DNA from: an uncultured bacterium
Lineage (GTDB): Bacteria > Planctomycetota > DG-23 > CBDVDV01
Direction of reading: 5' to 3'
Assembly: GCA_965372835.1 (NCBI GenBank)
Contig: CBDVDV010000001.1
Coordinates: forward strand, 4,593-68,592
DNA length: 64,000 bases
Position 1 is the first letter of the stretch. The number at the start of each line of letters is the position of its first letter. The translations under genes and the position numbers were made by a program. Positions 57,687 to 64,000 of this stretch are shown piece by piece. The notes under the pieces are model-generated. The model saw only the letters and a program-made list of their open reading frames with translations. It searched no databases and was not told where the DNA came from.

Positions 57687-59386
57687 CAGTGCGCTCCCCC
57701 GCTCACGCACGCCCCGTGGCAGGCCGAGTGACACGCTGAGTGGCACGCCGAGTGACAGGCACTGTGACACGCTGAGTGACAGGCGTCGTGGCAGGCGGTG
57801 TGGACATAGCAGGCGCTGTGGCAGGCATCGGATTTGATGAAAGCAGCGTAGTTGGTGGCCGCTGCGGGCTGGTGTTCCTCGACGGAGCGTCGCATGCGAT
57901 CGATGCGGTCTCCCCGGTCGTAGTCGTCGTTGTAGTAGTGGTGATAGTAGTACCCGTAGCGGCGGGGATAGCGCTCACCCCAGGCGTACTCATGCTCCTC
58001 GTCCATGTTCTCGGGCGTGGTGGAGCGGGCCAGGGCGGCGAAGAGCCCGCTGTAGTACTTCTTGGTGGCGGGCAGGTCGGAGTCCCAGCACTTGCGCTGG
58101 ACGCCGTCGGATAGTTCGGCGTAGAGCCCGTTGAGCCGCCTCTGGGAGAGGGTGCCGTCGGCCTGGACGGTGTCGAGGAAGAGTTTCTCGTAGGAGTTTC
58201 GGGGTTGGTAGCGAAGGGAGGTGCGCTCGATGGTGAGGGGATCCTCGCTACGGATGTAGAGGGCCCCCCGCTGCTCCAGGTCGGCGCAGATGAGGCAGGT
58301 GATGGTGCTCAAGGGGATGTCCAAGAGCAGCCCCGCCTCGATGACGTTCAGGCGCGCGATCTTCCCCTTCTTGCGGAAGGTGGCCACCTTGATTTTGGGT
58401 GGCACCCAGATGTTGCTGTCCCAGCGTACCTCCTCCAGCGCTTCGCCCGCTTGCTGCAAAGACCCGTGCTTGAGACCCATGGCCACCACGGCAGCCACCA
58501 CCAGCACCACCACCGCCAGCACGGCCGCCAAAGGAATCCCCTTGCCCAGTTTCTTGACCGCCCCGGGGATTCGGCCTTTCTCGATTCTCGCCCCTACACC
58601 GACCGCTTCCTCGGCGCGGGTGCTGCCGAGCGTGGGGAAATACCTTGCGGCGATGTACTGCTGGACGAGGAAGTGGAACTCCTTCGGTGCCGACTTCTTG
58701 TGCAAGAGGATGGTGAGCCAGTTCTTGCCCTGGTAGGGCGTGGCCCGGTAGTCGATCTTGTACTGCTCGTTCATGAACTTCTCAGTGCGGAAGGTGACCT
58801 CCTCGAGGAACTCGGGTGCGACCTTGAGCACGTTCCCTTCGGCCGCCACGCGTTCGGGCGGCACCTCGATGGGGTAGTGGACGTAGACGGTGTAGTGCTC
58901 CAGCGCTTCCGCCCGTTGTACGGGTGCCCAACCCAGGACGACCAGTTGACCCAGGCCCGGGGCCTCCGTCAGTCCCAGGTTCTTACTGGCCACCAGGTCG
59001 GCGGCATAGTGGACGATGTAGGTGGTTTCCCCTGGCCCGAAGGCCTGTTTTCCGGCCAGCACTACGTCGTACTTACGGTCCGAGACGTGGGCGATGGAGA
59101 GGGGGTAACGGCGCCCACCGGCTTGGGCGTGGGAGGTCTCGAAGTTGAAGACCGGGGTCTCCTGCATCCCTTCCAGGTAGAAGCCGTGCATCTTGCCGCT
59201 GGTGACGGTCCAGCGCAATTTGTAGACGATGTCGGCCTTGCCGTCCTGGCGCAGCGACAGATCCACCTCCACCCAATGCAGTTTCGCGGAGACGGCTGCC
59301 TGGGCCGTCGGCGCCAGGACCCAGAGGAGCGCCACGACCAGGGCCGGCAGTAGTAGTCGACGGACTTCAAGCGCTCGCCTGAACAC
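57686..59386 (-). CDS. Signal-peptide/TM protein (DUF2207-like architecture) ending in a tandem (Ala-Cys-His-Ser)n repeat; candidate substrate of the adjacent radical SAM enzyme
   Basis: Signal peptide MFRRALEVRRLLLPALVVALLWVLAPTAQA. TM helix IPLAAVLAVVVLVVAAVVAMGL. Tyr/His-rich segment. C-terminal SDACHSACYVHTACHDACHSACHSACHSACHSACHSACHGACVSGGAH. Confidence 0.8.
   Translation of the reverse strand: MFRRALEVRRLLLPALVVALLWVLAPTAQAAVSAKLHWVEVDLSLRQDGKADIVYKLRWTVTSGKMHGFYLEGMQETPVFNFETSHAQAGGRRYPLSIAHVSDRKYDVVLAGKQAFGPGETTYIVHYAADLVASKNLGLTEAPGLGQLVVLGWAPVQRAEALEHYTVYVHYPIEVPPERVAAEGNVLKVAPEFLEEVTFRTEKFMNEQYKIDYRATPYQGKNWLTILLHKKSAPKEFHFLVQQYIAARYFPTLGSTRAEEAVGVGARIEKGRIPGAVKKLGKGIPLAAVLAVVVLVVAAVVAMGLKHGSLQQAGEALEEVRWDSNIWVPPKIKVATFRKKGKIARLNVIEAGLLLDIPLSTITCLICADLEQRGALYIRSEDPLTIERTSLRYQPRNSYEKLFLDTVQADGTLSQRRLNGLYAELSDGVQRKCWDSDLPATKKYYSGLFAALARSTTPENMDEEHEYAWGERYPRRYGYYYHHYYNDDYDRGDRIDRMRRSVEEHQPAAATNYAAFIKSDACHSACYVHTACHDACHSACHSACHSACHSACHSACHGACVSGGAH
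57700..57832 (-). repeat. Imperfect tandem 12-nt repeats encoding (ACHS)n
   Basis: Plus-strand units such as gagtgacaggca / ctgtgacacgct / gagtgacaggcg / tcgtggcaggcg. Synonymous variation between units keeps the peptide repeat exact. Confidence 0.8.
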
Positions 59387-59464
59387 GGCGACGGACCTCC
59401 AATAAGCAGTGGCGGCTCACTCCGGCGGGGCAGCGGCGCCGCAGCGCCCCAAGTCGCGAACCGC

Positions 59465-59854
59465 TTACTCCTGCGTGGCCCCCAGTCGCGCCCGCAGCAG
59501 GTCGGCCTGAGAGGTGATGAAGTGCCCGAAGGCTTCTTTGCTCTTGGCCCACTCACTCTCGGACGGGAAGGTATTGACGATGCCCTGCCAGACGATCTGG
59601 TAGGTGCGCTCCAGGACCGGCGTGGCCGGGTCGGCGCCCGTGTACTCAAAAGACGCTTTGATGGCCACGGGCTGGAACACGGGTGTGGCTCCGGTAGGCA
59701 CCTCGGTGGCGATCCCTAAGAAGATGACACCCATCTCGTTCAACATGTCCAGGTGCTCCCGGATGGCGGCGATGACGCTGGCCACCGAGAAATCGGCCGA
59801 GGAGAAATTCACGTCCAGCACCTTACCGTCGATTTCACCAAAAGGCATTTCCAC
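59465..59854 (-). CDS. Hypothetical soluble protein (129 aa)
   Basis: Coherent composition; no family recognised. Confidence 0.5.
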   Translation of the reverse strand: MEMPFGEIDGKVLDVNFSSADFSVASVIAAIREHLDMLNEMGVIFLGIATEVPTGATPVFQPVAIKASFEYTGADPATPVLERTYQIVWQGIVNTFPSESEWAKSKEAFGHFITSQADLLRARLGATQE

Positions 59855-60006
59855 TGCTCGTCCTCCTCCTGCAGTTCGGACCCCGCCGGCCGGCGAATCG
59901 AAAGGGCAGGCTCACCGTCCCGAGCAACGTCGAAGGACAGATCGTCCCCTCGACGTTGGCGAGCCCTTTCACCGGTGGTCGATTCTCCACAACAGCGGGA
60001 GCGAAA

Positions 60007-60444
60007 TCAAGGCTGCTCAGCCCGGGCGACACCGGTTTTTGTCTGGAAGACCAGGAGGTAAGGCACCGCGGGGCGTCCTTCGGTGTCCCTGAACGCGTCG
60101 TGCTTCTGGTAATTGAACCAGATGACGTACGTTTTCCCGGCCTCCAGTTTGACCGGCGCGACACAGGTTTTCTTATCCGTCAGGTAGCGGATGTCTCCCG
60201 TGATCTTGGGGAAGGTCTCGTCGGACATCTGGACCCACGCCCACATCTGCTCGGTCATCATCTCCTTGCTGAAGGTGACGCAGATCTCCTTCGTCGCCGG
60301 GTCAACCTGGGTATCCCCTGCCTGTGGCACCGTCTTCACGACAACCGGCGGCATGGTTTTCACCGTGATCTCGCCGCGCTCCGCCGCCATCATACTCGCC
60401 AGCAGAGCGCCCACCAACATCACTGGCAGACTGATGCGCTTCAT
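60007..60444 (-). CDS. Hypothetical secreted protein (146 aa)
   Basis: Signal peptide MKRISLPVMLVGALLASMMAA. RBS GGGGGAGG. Start at 60444. Confidence 0.55.
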   Translation of the reverse strand: MKRISLPVMLVGALLASMMAAERGEITVKTMPPVVVKTVPQAGDTQVDPATKEICVTFSKEMMTEQMWAWVQMSDETFPKITGDIRYLTDKKTCVAPVKLEAGKTYVIWFNYQKHDAFRDTEGRPAVPYLLVFQTKTGVARAEQP

Positions 60445-60459
60445 GACCTCCCCCTTTCT

Positions 60460-60482
60460 GGTCGTGCGACTCGTATGAGCGA
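60460..60482. repeat. Copy 3 of 23-nt intergenic motif GGTCGTGCGACTCGTATGAGCGA
   Basis: Lies 16 nt from the start codon of minus-strand gene 60007-60444 (opposite orientation relative to the adjacent gene). Followed by a perfect hairpin GAACGTG-TTC-CACGTTC. Confidence 0.6.
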
Positions 60483-60520
60483 TAACGGTTGCGGAACGTG
60501 TTCCACGTTCACCACCGGAC

Positions 60521-61573
60521 TCACTCGAAGAGGTCGGAGACCCCACTCTCTTCAGAGAGGATTTGCCTCAGGACGTCGACGGGGAGGTTGGCGCCGCTGA
60601 GGATGAGGGCGACGGTCTTGCCCCGCAGTCGGCGTCTCAACCTGAGGGCTGCGGCCAGCGGCGCTGCGCCGGCTCCCTCGGCCAACGTGTGCGCGTGGCG
60701 GAGGAGCAGTCTGATGGCCTCCCGCATTTCTGCATCATCGACCAGGAGAAAGTCGTCCACGATGCGACGGAGAAGTGAGAAGATCTTGGGGAAAGGCACT
60801 CGGGTCGCCAGGCCTTCAGCGAAGGTGTGGATCTCCCCTCCCCGTTGTCGTCGGCCGGCTTGGTAAGAGCGGCAGAGGGCGGGCGCCCCGGCGGCCTGCA
60901 CCGCGTACACCTTGACGCTGGGCTTGAGCGTCTTGGCCACCATCCCGGAGCCGACCACACCGGTCCCCCCGCCCACCGGGATGATGAGAACATCAACGGC
61001 GGGCTCGCGCTCCATGATTTCCAGCCCCGTGGTGCCCACGCCCTCGATGAGCAGCAGCTCCTCGGCGTTGTGAATGTAGCGGGCGCCGGTCTTGCGGGCG
61101 GCCCGCTCGGCCTGCTCGCGAGACTCGTCAAAATCCTTCCCCCAGCACACGAGCGTAGCCCCGAACTGCTCGATGGCCCGGGCCTTGTCGGGGTTCGGGT
61201 TCACCGGCAGGTAGACTGTCGCCGGGACGCCGAAGAGGGAACTGGCGTAGGCGATCGATTGCCCGTGGTTTCCGCTGGAGGCGGTGATGACGCCCTTTTC
61301 CGACTCCTCGGGAGAGAGTTGGCTGATGAGGTTGATGCCGCCACGGACCTTGAAGGCGCAGGTTGGGTTGAGGTTCTCGTGCTTGACGAGGACGCGCGTC
61401 CCCACCAGGTCGTTCAGTCCCGGATACTCCCTCAGGGGCGTAGGTAGCAGGTGATGGCGGAGCAGCGAACGCGCCCGAAACACGCCGGCAACGGTCGGTC
61501 CCCTGCCCCAGACGCTTGCCCGTCTCATCGAGGGCCCCTTCACCTGCTCTTGGCTCTCCCGCCGAATGGCCAA
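60521..61573 (-). CDS. PLP-dependent threonine/serine dehydratase family protein (fold type II)
   Basis: LVKHENLNPTCAFKVRGG (PLP lysine), SSGNHGQS, GGGT Gly loop. Real start probably internal (~61528). Confidence 0.8.
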   Translation of the reverse strand: MAIRRESQEQVKGPSMRRASVWGRGPTVAGVFRARSLLRHHLLPTPLREYPGLNDLVGTRVLVKHENLNPTCAFKVRGGINLISQLSPEESEKGVITASSGNHGQSIAYASSLFGVPATVYLPVNPNPDKARAIEQFGATLVCWGKDFDESREQAERAARKTGARYIHNAEELLLIEGVGTTGLEIMEREPAVDVLIIPVGGGTGVVGSGMVAKTLKPSVKVYAVQAAGAPALCRSYQAGRRQRGGEIHTFAEGLATRVPFPKIFSLLRRIVDDFLLVDDAEMREAIRLLLRHAHTLAEGAGAAPLAAALRLRRRLRGKTVALILSGANLPVDVLRQILSEESGVSDLFE

Positions 61574-61808
61574 CGCAACCGCTTTTATCTCGGGGGCCCG
61601 CGCCTGTCAAGCGCCAAGCCAAGGCGCGCAGCGCCCCGGCCAGGGGCGCTGTGCGCCCGCCTTTTCGCTTGCCCACTGGGGTGATAATGCGGGAGAATCG
61701 GAGATGATGGCAGCACTTGTTGTCACCGGGGCTGTCAGCGAGGCCGGCAAGCAGACCTGTTGGGGAAGTGCGCGGAGACCTGCCCCGGCGGTGTGGTCAA
61801 TGGGATAG

Positions 61809-64000
61809 ATGCGCGAGGACATGGTGAGCCGACGCTCGATTCGCCGTAGGGCGAACGTGAACCGAGGGCCTGGTGCCTCACCAGAAGATCGGGCCCGCGG
61901 GAAGTCCACCGTCCGTTCGTTCTTCACCGACGACAACCACGTCCTCTACCACTTGTGGTCCCTCATCTGCGGACTCTCTCTTGTCATGCCTCTGTGTGTG
62001 GGCTTGATCAAGAGGTTCCCCTTGCACTTCCGCTACCAACCGACGGGGGTCGGTATCATCAGCCTGACCACCCTCACCCACTACCCCCCCAAGCAGGAAG
62101 TGTATCATTACGTGCTGGCTCTCGCCGTGCTCATCGTGGTGCCGGGGCTGGTGTGGCTGGCCTGGCTGGTCTGCTCCCTGTCATTAGCGCGAGTCCTGGG
62201 CCGAGACTTCGGCACCGTCGCCACTCGAGGCTGTTGGGCCCTGAGCCTCTTTGTCCTGGTCTTCCCCTACGCGTTGCTCTACGCCTGGGACCAACCCCTG
62301 GTGACCTTCGCTGTGCTGGCGGCCGCCGCTGTGGTGGCGCCGGTCGTGCAGGTGGCGCTCGTGCTGGCGCTTCCCCAGCGGTTGGACCGGGAGCTGGATG
62401 AAGTGGAGTGGCTGGCCGGGACGCGTTGGGTGAGGAGACTTCCCAGGCGACTCGCAGCGCCCGCAGAACCTACGACTTCCCTTCTCGGTCGCGCCTTCCT
62501 CATCGGCACGGCCGGGGCCTGGATACTCTACCTCACCCTTGCCGGCCGTGGGGGGGACGGTGCGGCTGTGGCCGTGATGACGGCGCTGGTCCTGACGCTC
62601 CCCCTGCTCTTCCTGGCCGGCTGGATCGCCTGGGTATCGCGACTCCAAGGGGGCGAGGGTGAGCCGGGGGAAGCGCCCGGCCCGGCCTCGGCGCTGACCG
62701 GGTTGGTGTTGCTCTTGGGTCTGGGGTTGGTTGGCTATCTGTACGCGCTGTTGAGCCGGTCCCAAGAGGGGGCGCTGGAGGTTATGCTGGCCGTGGTGAC
62801 GCTGCTGGCGGCGCTCGTGGTCTGGCCGGGGGTCTGGGGCTGGCTCCGCGGGGGGCGGCGGTGGGTGCGGGTGGCCGCTGCGGTGGTTGCGGTCCTGGTG
62901 GCGGTCACGGCCCTGGCGCTGGTGACCTTCGAGCCGTCCTTCCTCTCGGAGCCGGCCAGCCTGGACCCTGACTTCCTTCGTGAAGACGGTGCCCATTTAG
63001 CCTGGGCCAATGCCCTGCTGCGAGGCAGACTTCAGGGGCGCGATTTTTACTCCATGTACGGGCCACTTCTGCACTACGGCCTGGTGGCCACGATGCGGGT
63101 GGTCGGGGTCAGGGCTGAGGCCGCGCCTCTCTATTGGTGGGTGGGGCGGACGGTCGGGGCCGTGGCCGCGGTTCTGCTCCTGTGGCAACTGACGGGCAGC
63201 GCGCTGTTTGCGGTTCTCGCCGTCTGCGTGCTTCACACGGGTGTGGGTTGGCGGACGGCGCCGGCCTTAGCGTCACTGGCGGCCTTTACCCACTTCAGCC
63301 GAACTCGACGACCGTTCTGGGCCCTGCTGGCGGGTCTGCTGATTGGTGTGGCGCTGGCGCTGAGCCACGAGTTCGGGCTGTGCGCCCTGGTAGCCTGTGG
63401 TGCGGGAACCGCGGTGCTGGCCTGGCGTTACGAGACCCGGCGACTGGCGGGGGCTGGGCTGGGGTCACTACTGCTGGGTACGGGGCTCGTGCTGAGTACC
63501 GTGGCGGCCCACTTCGCCTTGGCCGGGGTGCTGAGCGACGTGGTCGGGGACCTGGTGCAGCACGCCCGCTACGTGCTCATGGGCTACGGCAACCTCCCCT
63601 TCCCCAACCTTTTCCCCTTCTTGGCGCAAGACCGACCGGTGTGGCAGGTGGTGACGGAGTTGCTGCGGGGAGGTCGGCTCCACTGGTATTTTCCTATCAT
63701 GGTCTGGGTGGTGACCCTGCACCTGGTGCTTTTCCGCTACGTCATGGGCAGGGCCACGGCTCGGGACCTCGGGGCGCTGTCGGTGATGGTCTTCGGGGTG
63801 TTGGCCTATCGGGTGGTGCTGGCCCGGTCCGACGTCATCCACTTGCACCTGGTTATGCCGGTGGCCACGGTGCTCTTTCTGTGGCACGTCTGGCTGCTGT
63901 TGGGTCGACTGGGGACGGTATTCGCCCGGGCGCGCCTGCGGGTCATTAACGTGGTGGAGTTCTTGGCGCTGTCGGCGGCGGCGGTGTTCCTGTTTGACGG
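61809..64000 (+). CDS. Large polytopic membrane protein, 3'-truncated at window edge (not in the ORF track because no stop is reached)
   Basis: Open frame of 730 codons from ATG 61809 (in-frame TAG immediately upstream) to the window end, with strong third-position GC bias and more than 15 hydrophobic segments. The competing antisense ORF 62184-62996 is Pro/His/Arg-rich junk. Confidence 0.65.
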   Translation, partial: MREDMVSRRSIRRRANVNRGPGASPEDRARGKSTVRSFFTDDNHVLYHLWSLICGLSLVMPLCVGLIKRFPLHFRYQPTGVGIISLTTLTHYPPKQEVYHYVLALAVLIVVPGLVWLAWLVCSLSLARVLGRDFGTVATRGCWALSLFVLVFPYALLYAWDQPLVTFAVLAAAAVVAPVVQVALVLALPQRLDRELDEVEWLAGTRWVRRLPRRLAAPAEPTTSLLGRAFLIGTAGAWILYLTLAGRGGDGAAVAVMTALVLTLPLLFLAGWIAWVSRLQGGEGEPGEAPGPASALTGLVLLLGLGLVGYLYALLSRSQEGALEVMLAVVTLLAALVVWPGVWGWLRGGRRWVRVAAAVVAVLVAVTALALVTFEPSFLSEPASLDPDFLREDGAHLAWANALLRGRLQGRDFYSMYGPLLHYGLVATMRVVGVRAEAAPLYWWVGRTVGAVAAVLLLWQLTGSALFAVLAVCVLHTGVGWRTAPALASLAAFTHFSRTRRPFWALLAGLLIGVALALSHEFGLCALVACGAGTAVLAWRYETRRLAGAGLGSLLLGTGLVLSTVAAHFALAGVLSDVVGDLVQHARYVLMGYGNLPFPNLFPFLAQDRPVWQVVTELLRGGRLHWYFPIMVWVVTLHLVLFRYVMGRATARDLGALSVMVFGVLAYRVVLARSDVIHLHLVMPVATVLFLWHVWLLLGRLGTVFARARLRVINVVEFLALSAAAVFLFD

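Noticed and set aside
57686-57770. Longer rSAM ORF starting at 57770 as given in the track
   Set aside because: That start would overlap the (ACHS)n coding repeat by 85 nt in another frame. The internal ATG at 57686 overlaps the upstream stop as TGATG. It also removes a non-protein-like N-terminal stretch (MSQCLSLGVPLSVSLGLPRGV...).
1-64000. Mobile elements, CRISPR arrays, prophage or integrase next to the tRNA genes
   Set aside because: No transposase or integrase-like ORFs, no terminal inverted repeats, no regularly spaced direct repeats. The genes after both tRNAs are ordinary housekeeping genes.

Overview
This is a high-GC (~65%) bacterial chromosome segment, mostly a dense run of housekeeping genes, with a few accessory loci.

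**Housekeeping genes (all + strand):** clpX (3' end), a class V aminotransferase with serA, pdxA-rsmA, pepP, efp, accB-accC, a PPi-type pfk, hslV-hslU, tRNA-Ser, metG, a Bacillus-type long SRP RNA followed by dnaX-ybaB-recR, rpoN, pyrD, dnaE, tRNA-Gly, dgt, yacL-ispD.

**Minus-strand cluster:** ccmE-ccmF plus one unknown gene.

**Accessory loci:** a serpin with a coupled unknown gene and a 1080-aa membrane/coiled-coil protein (which has a 601-aa paralog after rpoN); a GT39 glycosyltransferase flanked by secreted proteins; and a cluster of small two-TM membrane proteins with a duplicated leader and a CRP-like site.

**Most notable locus:** a minus-strand three-gene unit at 55178-59386. It comprises a signal-peptide/TM protein whose C-terminus is a tandem (Ala-Cys-His-Ser)n repeat, then a translationally coupled (TGATG) radical SAM enzyme with a PqqD-like recognition domain and a SPASM domain, then a membrane protein. 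This looks like an undescribed RiPP-like Cys-repeat modification system.

Two short sequence motifs recur in unrelated intergenic regions. No transposases, integrases, CRISPR arrays or rRNA genes were seen. Many long antisense ORFs in the track are high-GC artefacts and were rejected.
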